A stretch of DNA of 64,000 nt from Candidatus Nanopelagicales bacterium. GTDB lineage: Bacteria; Actinomycetota; Actinomycetes; Nanopelagicales; Nanopelagicaceae. The DNA is taken from NCBI GenBank assembly GCA_041311505.1, contig JBFYJI010000003.1:1710-65709 (forward strand), written 5' to 3'. Every line of letters starts with the position of its first letter. Position 1 is the first letter of the stretch. Of the stretch, positions 27,724 through 37,228 are shown piece by piece. The notes beneath the pieces were generated by a model. That model saw only the letters and a list, made by a program, of their open reading frames with translations. It had not been told where the DNA came from and searched no databases. The translations under genes were made by a program, and so were the position numbers.

Positions 27724-29118
27724 TTCTGTGAGGGGAATGCCTAGCTTCTCTGCCAGAGCACGGATGCCCGGTCTCACGTCGATCCAAGAGATGACGAGAT
27801 GATGCGGATATCCGCCAGTGACTATGCCATTCACCAAAACAGCTGCATCAGGTTCTGTTCGAACTGTTGCAGTATTGCCTTGGAAGTGATTGGGAGCTGA
27901 GATTGATTCCCCTCGACTCACAACCATGCGTAAACCCGTGCGGTTGCTTGGATCTACATCCCGATCAATACGGAAAAGTGTGACCTCTCCAGTCTTGAGC
28001 GGAAAATTACCTGCAACGCCGAGCTTGCGATTGCAGTGGATATATTGAGTTGCGCTACTTGGATCAGCAGCCAACTTTGTTGCAGCTGAACCACAATGCC
28101 ATAAGCGAAGTAGCCCATCTTTCTCTTGAAGATCAACGATATCGACGAGGTAGTTTTCGTCAGAGCCGAGTGCTTCACAAACAAGCATTGTTACTGCGCC
28201 AAGCACATCGCGCTCACATGTCGTCACTGTTCCGCGATCAGAGAGTCGACCGAGTGAAGAACAGATACATGCACCTAAATCAGTGGGAAACTCTGGCCAG
28301 CAACGAATTGCAATTGCATCGAGTGAATCTTCTTCACGCCAATCATCGAGTGCAACTTCAACTCCATAGACCTTCTTCGCTTGCTCGACATTGACGCCAC
28401 CGAGCGATGGCTGATCTGCAAGAGCTGCTGCATATGCCTTATCTGCGCGATCTGGTTCGACCTTTGAAATTCTTTCAAATGCGCCATCGATAGAGATCTG
28501 TCGAACGTCGAGACCGAAGAGTGAGTTGAGTTGTGGGCCATCGAAGAGACATGGAGTAAATCCGACGGGTGCTTCGCCCACTGCACCTACACGCTTTCCT
28601 TTAAGCCAAGCGAGCGCTTGATCTGCAACAGATACTGGTGCGCTCTCACCGTGATGTGCTGGTGGAGTTGTTGCCTCAGGAAGCTTTCCTGCAATTGCAT
28701 CTTTGATTGCACTGCGAACATGTGGTTCATCTGCATTACCGTGGAGATGTCGCAGAGATTGACCTGCATCCATCAAGGCATGCGCCGCAAGATTGACGCC
28801 ACACATCGAGTTAAGTTTTAAGCGCTCTCCGACTTCACCTGGTTCGCGCATCGACCATCCAAGGATGGGGCCTTTTACAGAACCCAGTAATTCAACTGCT
28901 GGAGATGCATCTGAGAATGAGGCCATAAAGAGGATATGGAGATCAGCGGGTGGAAGTGTGACCGCTGCAACATCATCGACAGTCATGACGAGTTCTGCTG
29001 GTCCGACCACTTCAGCACCGAGCTCTTGGAGGAGTGCACGTGCGCTATCGAAGTTAGCCTGCGCACACGCTAAATCAAAGGTTGGTCGCGCAAGTGCAAC
29101 GAGAGCTACGGTGCTCAT
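27718..29118 (-). CDS. L-fucose/L-arabinose isomerase-family protein, probable SQ isomerase (SqvD/SftI-type)
   Basis: RLKLNSMCG, AIRCWPEF, TCERDVLG, LWHCG and PHH motifs; GGAGG SD before the ATG at 29118. Confidence 0.72.
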   Translation of the reverse strand: MSTVALVALARPTFDLACAQANFDSARALLQELGAEVVGPAELVMTVDDVAAVTLPPADLHILFMASFSDASPAVELLGSVKGPILGWSMREPGEVGERLKLNSMCGVNLAAHALMDAGQSLRHLHGNADEPHVRSAIKDAIAGKLPEATTPPAHHGESAPVSVADQALAWLKGKRVGAVGEAPVGFTPCLFDGPQLNSLFGLDVRQISIDGAFERISKVEPDRADKAYAAALADQPSLGGVNVEQAKKVYGVEVALDDWREEDSLDAIAIRCWPEFPTDLGACICSSLGRLSDRGTVTTCERDVLGAVTMLVCEALGSDENYLVDIVDLQEKDGLLRLWHCGSAATKLAADPSSATQYIHCNRKLGVAGNFPLKTGEVTLFRIDRDVDPSNRTGLRMVVSRGESISAPNHFQGNTATVRTEPDAAVLVNGIVTGGYPHHLVISWIDVRPGIRALAEKLGIPLTEW

Positions 29119-29122
29119 AATC

Positions 29123-29147
29123 CTCCAAGTGGTCTGACCTCTTGGAG
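29123..29147. promoter_or_regulatory. FadR-type operator overlapping the isomerase SD
   Basis: Near-perfect palindrome CTCCAAG-TGGTCTGACCT-CTTGGAG. Confidence 0.8.
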
Positions 29148-29245
29148 AAGTCTGCCTCCCACAGGGGTCATCGTCAATGGGATGAGCGTTCCAATTGGGC
29201 GATTTATCCAATTGTTATAAATCTAGTTATTGGAGGATTTGAGCC

Positions 29246-30319
29246 TTATCGTCGAAGGAGATCGGGGCGGATACGCCCTCTAACGGTGCGAGAAGGCCAT
29301 CCTGGGTCACCTGTCAGCAGGAGCGGCCCTTCTGGGCGGGCGAGTATTGTCTCTTCAGCCTTCCACCCCTTACCTGTGGGGTTCCAGGCGATAGCTTGAT
29401 TGGCAGCGATGGTGCGAGCGCTGCTCTGGGTTGCTGGCCAATCGCGGGGCAAGAAACCTGTTGGTCCGCCTTGATGGTGGCGATGCCACTCCTCCTCATC
29501 AAAGCCATGAGCTCCATAGGAGCGGGTGGCCACATCAATCACGGATGAGAAGGGGGCGCCGACGGTTGTGGCATCGAGGAGGTCTGCTTCAACTTCAAGG
29601 ATTGAGCTGTATTCAGATTCCTCTGTAGGTGTCAGATCCCCAAAGGTCACGATGCGAGTGACCGAAGCAATCAACCCCTTCTCCTTGGCGCAGATAGAGG
29701 CGCTTGCACGAGTCCCAAGGATTGCATCGGTAGGAAGCGGGTGGCGAAACTTCATCACGCGATCTCCACCGGCAACTCCGAGAAATGCGATCTCAAGATT
29801 ATGGCGCCAGAGCGACTCTGTGATGCGAGCAGCAAGGTCGATCTCTCGATCACCGCTCTCGATCACCTTCATCGCCTCCCCTAGAGCAAGTGCTGATCTG
29901 CGCGAGATATCGATTAACCGTTCTTGATCATAAGCATCTAGTTGCGCGCGGAGAATCTCAATCTCGGTAGAGAGGTCGATGCGATCTCCCCCGGGTTGAT
30001 CGGTTCCTACATTCGATCCCGTAGGCAATAGCGGATCACGCCCCTGCCACCATTGAATTACTTTGACTTCAAGGCCCTGTGGGAATTCTTCAGCTGCAAG
30101 ACGTGGAGCTTCGATTGCATTGGTGACGGCAAATGCACCGTCATGAGTAATCACTAAATCAAAACATGCTGCATCGATTGTCGTTGGAACGTGCGCTCGC
30201 CCACTGATAGCCCATGCGAGATTGGGATTACGGCGCAATACGAGGGCATCGAGTTTCTTCTCGGAGAGCAATGCGCGAAGTGCGGTGAGTTTGCCATCAA
30301 ATGCTTGGGCACGATTCAT
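29246..30319 (-). CDS. M24-family (Xaa-Pro peptidase/creatinase fold) protein
   Basis: FRHPLPT, HHQGG, AWNP and KAEETI motifs. Confidence 0.75.
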   Translation of the reverse strand: MNRAQAFDGKLTALRALLSEKKLDALVLRRNPNLAWAISGRAHVPTTIDAACFDLVITHDGAFAVTNAIEAPRLAAEEFPQGLEVKVIQWWQGRDPLLPTGSNVGTDQPGGDRIDLSTEIEILRAQLDAYDQERLIDISRRSALALGEAMKVIESGDREIDLAARITESLWRHNLEIAFLGVAGGDRVMKFRHPLPTDAILGTRASASICAKEKGLIASVTRIVTFGDLTPTEESEYSSILEVEADLLDATTVGAPFSSVIDVATRSYGAHGFDEEEWHRHHQGGPTGFLPRDWPATQSSARTIAANQAIAWNPTGKGWKAEETILARPEGPLLLTGDPGWPSRTVRGRIRPDLLRR

Positions 30320-30353
30320 GCAGGAAGAGTACTAGCGGAGTATCTTTTTTCCT

Positions 30354-31613
30354 ATGGAGCCGGACCAATTACTCAAGAGCGCCCTGGAAGATGGAACTTA
30401 CTTTTCACATCCCTTTCCTCTCTTTGCACAATTGCGAGAAGAGGCACCGGTCTTCTTTAGCCAAACACTAGGTGGATGGATAGTGACACGTTACGAGGAT
30501 GTCTCAGAAATTCTCCATAACCACACTGATTATTCGAGTAAAGGTCGCGTTCTTCATCTCATCGATCAGCTCGATAGCGAGACTAACGCGCAATTAACCT
30601 TGCTCCGTATGCACTTTTCAACGGGCTTAGCTCATAGCGATGCCCCCGAACATAAACGTTTGCGTGGTCTTCTGGCACAGGCATTTACGCCGAAGATCAC
30701 CGAGAAGATGCGCCCTATTGCCCAGAACGTTGTGCGCTCGAAAGTATCAGCACTGAACAGTTCAGCAGATCTCATCGAAGAGCTCTTCACTCCAGTGCCT
30801 GCACTTGTTGTGGGACGCCTCCTTGGTTCGCAGGAGAGCGATATACCCAATTTAATTCGGTGGGCACATGCCATCAATGGCCTCTATGAGAAAGGTGGGC
30901 GCATCTCGGCTGAGAAGGCGCTCCTTGCCGAGAGGGCTCTCGAAGAGATGCGCGTATTCGTTGCAGAGCTTGCCGATATCCGCCGTGCAAAGAAGGCGGC
31001 AGGAACATTGGATCCCAATGACGATATCTTGTCTGCTCTTGTGAGCGCCGAAGATGGTGGAGATGCTCTCTCAGAATCTGAACTCCTCTCTACTGCAGTC
31101 ACGCTCTTTGTTGCAGGCCATGAGACAACGACGCATTTGCTCGGCAATGGTTTCTTAGCTGCTCTTACCAATCCCTCCTCGATTGAGGCGATGAGAGCGA
31201 ACCCTGATCTCATCAGAAGCGCAGTCGATGAGATGGCGAGATTTGATGGCTCTGTCCCTCGTTCATGGCGCATCACAAAAAGTGAGATGCAGGTCGCTGG
31301 TGTCACAATTCCTGCCGGTCAATTGGTCTTACCGATTCTCTCTTCTGCCAATCGAGATTCTGCAGTATTCGAAGATCCAGATGTCTTCGATATCAATCGC
31401 GATTCACGTAAACATCTCGCATTTGGAAAAGGTGTCCATGTCTGCCTTGGTGCTCCGTTGGCCCGCCTTGAAGGTGAGGAGATCCTTAAAGCACTCCTTG
31501 AGAAATGTAGTGAGATCTCACTTGCCGTGAAGTATGAAGATTTAGAGTGGAGAAGAGATGTTGCCCTGAGGGGTTTGATCGCTCTTCCCGTTGATATAAA
31601 AGCAAAGAGCTGA
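30354..31613 (+). CDS. Cytochrome P450
   Basis: AGHETT I-helix, EMAR (ExxR) and FGKGVHVCLG heme-ligand motifs. Confidence 0.96.
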   Translation: MEPDQLLKSALEDGTYFSHPFPLFAQLREEAPVFFSQTLGGWIVTRYEDVSEILHNHTDYSSKGRVLHLIDQLDSETNAQLTLLRMHFSTGLAHSDAPEHKRLRGLLAQAFTPKITEKMRPIAQNVVRSKVSALNSSADLIEELFTPVPALVVGRLLGSQESDIPNLIRWAHAINGLYEKGGRISAEKALLAERALEEMRVFVAELADIRRAKKAAGTLDPNDDILSALVSAEDGGDALSESELLSTAVTLFVAGHETTTHLLGNGFLAALTNPSSIEAMRANPDLIRSAVDEMARFDGSVPRSWRITKSEMQVAGVTIPAGQLVLPILSSANRDSAVFEDPDVFDINRDSRKHLAFGKGVHVCLGAPLARLEGEEILKALLEKCSEISLAVKYEDLEWRRDVALRGLIALPVDIKAKS

Positions 31614-31630
31614 CCATTTGGTCAGCTCTT
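31605..31630. terminator. Intrinsic terminator between the convergent P450 and tRNA-Tyr genes
   Basis: AAGAGCTGACC-ATTT-GGTCAGCTCTT 11-bp stem; T-rich tail on the minus strand. Confidence 0.7.
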
Positions 31631-31637
31631 CTCATTA

Positions 31638-31722
31638 TGGTGGCGGGTGAAGGATTTGAACCTTCGAAGGCAGAGCCGGGGGATTTACAGTCCCCTCCCA
31701 TTGGCCGCTCGGGCAACCCGCC
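31638..31722 (-). tRNA. tRNA-Tyr(GTA) with encoded CCA
   Basis: GGCGGGT acceptor strand; anticodon loop CTGTAAA; long variable arm; ACCA end. Confidence 0.97.
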
Positions 31723-31841
31723 AGGGTCGAACTTTGTGTTGCGGCTTTAGAAGTACGAGGCGAAAGGATACCTTAGGCACATAAGGATGAAAAATCGTCC
31801 TTCATACCCGCACCTAAGCACTAGTGAGAGGGCCAAAAGCA

Positions 31842-32330
31842 ATGGCTGACAGTAGTTTTGACGTAGTCTCCAAGATCGACCGTATGGAGCTCGATAACGC
31901 AATTAATCAGGCAATTCGTGAGATCGATACCCGTTTTGATTTTAAGAATACCGGCACAACAGTCGAGCTCTCTGGCGAGACCATCAAGATTGAAGCCGGA
32001 ACAGAAGAGCGCGCAAAGGCAGCACTTGAAGTTGTGAAGGAGAAGATGATCAAACGCGGCGTCTCTCTCAAGCACCTTGAGGCCGGTGAGCCACAGCTCT
32101 CAGGTAAGGTCTACAAGATTGGGTGTTCTCTTAAGGAGGGTATCTCGACAGAGAATGCAAAGAAGATTGCAAAGTTCTTACGTGATGAGGGACCTAAATC
32201 AATTAAGACTCAAATCCAAGGTGATGAACTCCGCGTCTCTTCAAAGAGCCGCGATGATCTTCAAGATGCGATTGCTCAGATTAAAGAAGGTCCATTCGAC
32301 TTCGCTGTGCAATTTACAAATTACCGCTAA
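31842..32330 (+). CDS. yajQ: YajQ-family nucleotide-binding protein
   Basis: [23 protein letters not shown] and QFTNYR motifs. Confidence 0.95.
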   Translation: MADSSFDVVSKIDRMELDNAINQAIREIDTRFDFKNTGTTVELSGETIKIEAGTEERAKAALEVVKEKMIKRGVSLKHLEAGEPQLSGKVYKIGCSLKEGISTENAKKIAKFLRDEGPKSIKTQIQGDELRVSSKSRDDLQDAIAQIKEGPFDFAVQFTNYR

Positions 32331-32336
32331 CTTTCA

Positions 32337-33236
32337 ATGAGCAATAGAAGCGAGAGATCTCTCGGTCTTATCTTCGGTCTCAGCGCCTATATCTTGTGGG
32401 GGCTCTTCCCGCTCTATTGGCCACTCCTCAAACCGGCAAGTGCATATGAGATCGTTGCACATCGCGCTGTCTGGACTCTCATCTTCTGTCTCGTCGTCCT
32501 CCTCTTCCATAAGAAGATACGACAGACCTTCGCTCAATTGAAGCGACCAAGAATTTTCCTCGGACTTGCTGCCACAAGCGCTCTTATTTCTATCAACTGG
32601 ATTGTCTATATCTGGGCGACCAATGCAGGCCATGTCGTTGAAGCCTCACTTGGGTATTACATCAACCCACTTGTCATCATCGCATTCGGAGTCCTGCTTC
32701 TCAAAGAGAAGATGCGCCCGGGTCAGTGGGTTGCAGTAGGCATCGCCACAACTGGTGTTGCAGTCTTAACGATTGATTACGGTCGACTCCCCTGGATCGC
32801 CCTCGCACTTGCGCTCTCTTGGGGCAGTTATGGCGTCATCAAGAAAGTCCTTGGTTTAGGGGCACTTGAGGGGCTGACGATCGAGACAGCGATCGCCTTC
32901 ATCCCATATCTGACATATCTCCTCTTCTTGCAGAATAAAGGGGAGGGTCAATTTGGCCATCATCTCGGCCTCTCAATCTTGTTACTCAGCGCTGGTGCGA
33001 TTACAGCAATTCCACTCTTGCTCTTCAATGGCTCTACAACGCGTCTTCCATACACCGTTATCGGTCTTCTTCAATACATCACACCGACTCTTCAATTCTC
33101 AATTGGAGTCTGGGTGCGTCATGAATCAATGCCAACAGCACGTTGGGTGGGATTTATTATTATCTGGTGCGCACTTGTCGCACTTGCAATCGATCTTCTG
33201 CGATCAAGCAGAGCGGTCGATAATAGCGTCGCATAG
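32337..33236 (+). CDS. rarD: EamA-family transporter RarD
   Basis: WGLFPLYW, EASLGYYINPL and GLLQYITPT motifs. Confidence 0.93.
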   Translation: MSNRSERSLGLIFGLSAYILWGLFPLYWPLLKPASAYEIVAHRAVWTLIFCLVVLLFHKKIRQTFAQLKRPRIFLGLAATSALISINWIVYIWATNAGHVVEASLGYYINPLVIIAFGVLLLKEKMRPGQWVAVGIATTGVAVLTIDYGRLPWIALALALSWGSYGVIKKVLGLGALEGLTIETAIAFIPYLTYLLFLQNKGEGQFGHHLGLSILLLSAGAITAIPLLLFNGSTTRLPYTVIGLLQYITPTLQFSIGVWVRHESMPTARWVGFIIIWCALVALAIDLLRSSRAVDNSVA

Positions 33237-34193
33237 CGAGTAGAGAGCTCCGGTGACATCTCCTACCGGAAGTGGCCCTAGCGCTTTACGAGCATCATGT
33301 GCATATTGAAGCGTCTGCTGACGTGAGATCTCCAGCGCTGGATGTGTGCGAAGGGTCTGAATAACCTGCAGCACAGTCGCCTCATCCTTAATAGGGCCCT
33401 GCAAGAGTGCGATTAAGTCGTGATCTTCTGGACGGTTCATCGCAATCACATTGAGTGTGACGAGAGTCGGAACGCCTTCACGAAGATCTGTTCCTGGAGT
33501 CTTACCTGATTCAAATGAATCAGATGCAATATCGATAACATCGTCAACGAGTTGAAATGCAACACCAATCTTCTCGCCGAAGACTGTAAGTGTCTCTTTA
33601 ATCTCTGCGGGTGCGCCTGAGACCATCGCACCAAATCGAGCAGATGCTGCGATGAGAGATCCTGTCTTATCTCCCACAACTGAGAGGTAATGCGCCAGTG
33701 GATCCTCGCCAGATGATGGACCTTGTGTCTCCATAATTTGTCCAATGACAAGTCGCTCAAAAGTTTCAGCTTGAAGCTTGACCGCCTCAGGGCCGATATC
33801 TGCAAGAAGCGCTGAGACCTTTGCAAAGAGATAGTCTCCGGTAAGGATCGCAACTGTGTTACCCCAGCGATTATTGGCGCTCTCTACCCCACGGCGAAGC
33901 GGCGCTTCATCCATCACATCATCGTGATAGAGCGTCGCTACATGGGTGAGCTCACAGACTGCTGCAGATTCGATAATGCCTTTGCGGCTCTTATCGCCGT
34001 AATGGGATGCAAGAAGGGTGAGAAGCGGACGTAGACGCTTACCTCCTGCTGCCACGAGGTGGCGAGAGGTCTCCTCTACCAACGGATATTTCCCCTGAAT
34101 ATGGCTATGGAGGAGCTTCTCCACCTCAGCCATGCCAACAGCAAGCTCTGCCTCTAAGGCAGGTGCCATTCCAGGGATTCCGAGCTGACTCAT
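33204..34193 (-). CDS. Polyprenyl diphosphate synthase (menaquinone side chain)
   Basis: GGKRLRP, HDDVMD (FARM) and FQLVDDVID (SARM). Confidence 0.93.
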   Translation of the reverse strand: MSQLGIPGMAPALEAELAVGMAEVEKLLHSHIQGKYPLVEETSRHLVAAGGKRLRPLLTLLASHYGDKSRKGIIESAAVCELTHVATLYHDDVMDEAPLRRGVESANNRWGNTVAILTGDYLFAKVSALLADIGPEAVKLQAETFERLVIGQIMETQGPSSGEDPLAHYLSVVGDKTGSLIAASARFGAMVSGAPAEIKETLTVFGEKIGVAFQLVDDVIDIASDSFESGKTPGTDLREGVPTLVTLNVIAMNRPEDHDLIALLQGPIKDEATVLQVIQTLRTHPALEISRQQTLQYAHDARKALGPLPVGDVTGALYSLCDAIIDRSA

Positions 34194-35710
34194 TAGCGAA
34201 GGAAGATTGCAGTCTTAGCGATAAAGTCGATGAGAGGCGTTGGGAAGATGCCCAAGACCAAAGTCACAACTGCTGAGATTGTAATTGTGATGGTTGTGAG
34301 TGCTGAAGGAATAACAACGCTTGTGCCATCTTCGACAGGATCCTTGAAGAACATAAGGACGATGACGCGAATATAGAAGAAGGCTGCGATTGCTGATGAG
34401 AGAACACCGGCGATCAAGATTGCCAGACTTCCTGACTCATATGCGGCAGAGAAGATTGAAAACTTTCCAATAAATCCGCTCGTCATAGGGATTCCTGCAA
34501 ATGCAAGAAGGAAGAATGCAAATGTTCCCGCAACAAGAGGAGAACGCTTTCCGAGTCCGCTCCAGCGATTGAGATCTCCCACTTCACCAGAGGCATCACG
34601 GACGAGGGTCACAATGGCGAAGCCACCAACAGTTGCCACACCGTATGCCAAGAGATAGAAGATAGAAGCCTCTAGGCCTGCCTTGCTCAGTGCAATGACA
34701 CCTGAGAGCAGGAAGCCAGCGTGTGCGATAGATGAGTAAGCGAGCATGCGCTTGACATCTTTCTGTGCAATCGCAACCAGTGATCCGAAGAGCATTGTTG
34801 CAATAGCGATAACAATCATCGCTGGACGCCACTGCCACTCAGCATTAGCAAATGAGACGTAGAAGATACGAAGGATTGCACCAAATGCAGCGACCTTTGT
34901 TGCTGCAGCCATAAAGCCTGTTACTGGAGTTGGAGCACCCTGGTAAACATCGGGAGACCACGCATGGAACGGGAATGCACCGACCTTAAAGAGGAGGCCG
35001 ACAGAGATAAAGGCGATACCGATAAGCAAGAAGACATCGTTACCTGCGCCACCAGTGACAGCTGCCTGGATTCCTGTAAATGTCAGTGAAGATGAATATC
35101 CGTAGATAAAGGCTGCACCGAAGAGGAAGAAGGCTGATGAGAAAGCTCCGAGGAGGAAGTACTTCAGAGCTGCTTCCTGCGATGCGAGGCGGCGATAACG
35201 TGAGAGACCAGCCATGAGATAGAGAGGAAGTGAGAGCATCTCAAGAGCCACAAAGAGAGTGATGAGATCGCTGGCAAGTGGGAAGAGCATCATTCCAGCC
35301 ACAGCAAATAGTGTGAGTGGGAAGACCTCAGTGGTGCGCACGCGTGCTTGGCTTGCCTGGTGCTCTTCAAGCGAGCCTGGCACAGCAGCAGCTGCCGATG
35401 TGAAGTTATCCTGATCTGCAATGAGGAAGATTGAGATAAATGCAATCACCAAGATTGAACCCTGGAGAAGAACTCCAGCGCCATCAAATGTGAGTGCGCT
35501 CATCGCAGCAGTGACAGATCCTTCATTGCGGACACGAACCAATTGAGCAAAAGCAATGACGATTGTTGCGATAGCAACAAAGAGTTGCGCTGTAACGCGA
35601 GTAGATGCCTTGAGGAATGCCTCAATCAGAACTCCAAGAAGAGCGCCAGCGAGAACGATGAGAATCGGCGCAAGGAGCGCATATTCGAGTACGGGGGCTG
35701 TAAATGTCAT
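34193..35710 (-). CDS. nuoN: NADH-quinone oxidoreductase subunit N
   Basis: EAALKYFLLG, PFHAWSPDVYQGAP and KRMLAYSSIAH motifs. Confidence 0.96.
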   Translation of the reverse strand: MTFTAPVLEYALLAPILIVLAGALLGVLIEAFLKASTRVTAQLFVAIATIVIAFAQLVRVRNEGSVTAAMSALTFDGAGVLLQGSILVIAFISIFLIADQDNFTSAAAAVPGSLEEHQASQARVRTTEVFPLTLFAVAGMMLFPLASDLITLFVALEMLSLPLYLMAGLSRYRRLASQEAALKYFLLGAFSSAFFLFGAAFIYGYSSSLTFTGIQAAVTGGAGNDVFLLIGIAFISVGLLFKVGAFPFHAWSPDVYQGAPTPVTGFMAAATKVAAFGAILRIFYVSFANAEWQWRPAMIVIAIATMLFGSLVAIAQKDVKRMLAYSSIAHAGFLLSGVIALSKAGLEASIFYLLAYGVATVGGFAIVTLVRDASGEVGDLNRWSGLGKRSPLVAGTFAFFLLAFAGIPMTSGFIGKFSIFSAAYESGSLAILIAGVLSSAIAAFFYIRVIVLMFFKDPVEDGTSVVIPSALTTITITISAVVTLVLGIFPTPLIDFIAKTAIFLR

Positions 35711-37228
35711 TTACTTACCTGCATTCTCTGTTGGAGCCGGATCTGTAAATCCAGCGCCCTGCATGACATGTGCAGAGGTTGGATTGATGATGTTAAGAAG
35801 TGGTGATGGATAGAAGCCAAAGGCAACGATGACTGCAACAACTGGTGCGATTGCAATCTTCTCGCGGAGGTTGAGATCTGGAAGGTTCTCATTACCTGGA
35901 GTTGTTGGACCATGGAGAGTGCGCTGCACTGGGATAAGGATGTAGAGAGCAGCGAGAACAATTCCGATAGTTGCAATGACGGCTGCAACTGGATAGCGAG
36001 TGTATGTACCCACGAGAACCAAGAACTCAGAGACGAAGCTTGAGAGACCAGGTAGTGCGAGCGATGACATACCGGCGATAAAGAACATCCACGCCATCAC
36101 AGGAGTGACGCGCTGAAGCCCGCCAAAGTCTGCGATTGTTGAAGAACCGCGACGAGCGATCATCCATCCGCCCACGATAAAGAGGGCGGCGGTTGAGAAT
36201 CCGTGGTTGAACATATAGAGGGTTGCTCCTGAGAGACCCTGTGTTGTCATCGCAAAGATTCCCATGGTGATGAAACCGAAGTGAGAGATAGATGTGTATG
36301 CAATCAATCGCTTCAAGTCGCGTGCACGGATAGCCAGGAATGCACCGTAGAGGATTGAGATCACTGAGAGAACGATGATTACAGGTGTAAATGTCTTACT
36401 TGCATCAGGGAAGATCGTGATACAGAAGCGGATCATTCCGAATGTTCCGACCTTGTCGAGAACGCCGAGCAAGAGAACAGATGTACCTGGTGTTGCAGCC
36501 TTAGCTGCATCTGGAAGCCAAGTATGGAGTGGCCAGAGTGGTGCCTTGATTGCAAAGGCGATAAAGAAGCCTAAGAAGAGGAGGTTCTGAGTTGTCGAAC
36601 TCATCACTGTGTGGAGGCCAGAGAGCTCGGTGATATTAAAGCTTGCATAGCCAGCATTCGATGAGACGACATAGATACCGATGATTGATGCGAGCATCAA
36701 GAGTCCACCGAAGAGGCTGTAGAGCAAGAACTTCACAGCTGCTGCTGCGCGCTCCCCTGTGCCATATCCACCAATAAGGAAGTAGACAGGAATCAACATC
36801 GCTTCAAAGATGACATAGAAGAGGAAGACATCTGTTGCAGCAAAGACGCCGATCATCATTGTCTCGAGCACAAGGATGAGGATGTAGAAGACCTTTGCAG
36901 ACCAACGTCCACCTTCAGACTCATGCCATCCTGCAAGTACCACAATGGGAGTAAGTACTACCGACATCACGATGAGTGCGAGTGCAAGACCATCAACGCC
37001 GACTGAGAAGTTGATAGCAAACGCTGGGATCCAGCGAAGTGACTGTGCAAATTGGAAAGTGGTATCAGCTGCAACGAATTGAGTTGCGATGTAGATACCG
37101 AAGATCGCAGTCAGCACTGTTGTTGCTAGCGCTGCCTGCTTGATGCGGAGAACGTTCTCACTAGGGAGAGCTGCCACAAGGAGCGCCCCAATGAGTGGAA
37201 GAAGCCCGAGAGTAATTAATGAACTCAT
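35711..37228 (-). CDS. nuoM: NADH-quinone oxidoreductase subunit M
   Basis: [20 protein letters not shown] and FVSEF motifs. Confidence 0.96.
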   Translation of the reverse strand: MSSLITLGLLPLIGALLVAALPSENVLRIKQAALATTVLTAIFGIYIATQFVAADTTFQFAQSLRWIPAFAINFSVGVDGLALALIVMSVVLTPIVVLAGWHESEGGRWSAKVFYILILVLETMMIGVFAATDVFLFYVIFEAMLIPVYFLIGGYGTGERAAAAVKFLLYSLFGGLLMLASIIGIYVVSSNAGYASFNITELSGLHTVMSSTTQNLLFLGFFIAFAIKAPLWPLHTWLPDAAKAATPGTSVLLLGVLDKVGTFGMIRFCITIFPDASKTFTPVIIVLSVISILYGAFLAIRARDLKRLIAYTSISHFGFITMGIFAMTTQGLSGATLYMFNHGFSTAALFIVGGWMIARRGSSTIADFGGLQRVTPVMAWMFFIAGMSSLALPGLSSFVSEFLVLVGTYTRYPVAAVIATIGIVLAALYILIPVQRTLHGPTTPGNENLPDLNLREKIAIAPVVAVIVAFGFYPSPLLNIINPTSAHVMQGAGFTDPAPTENAGK

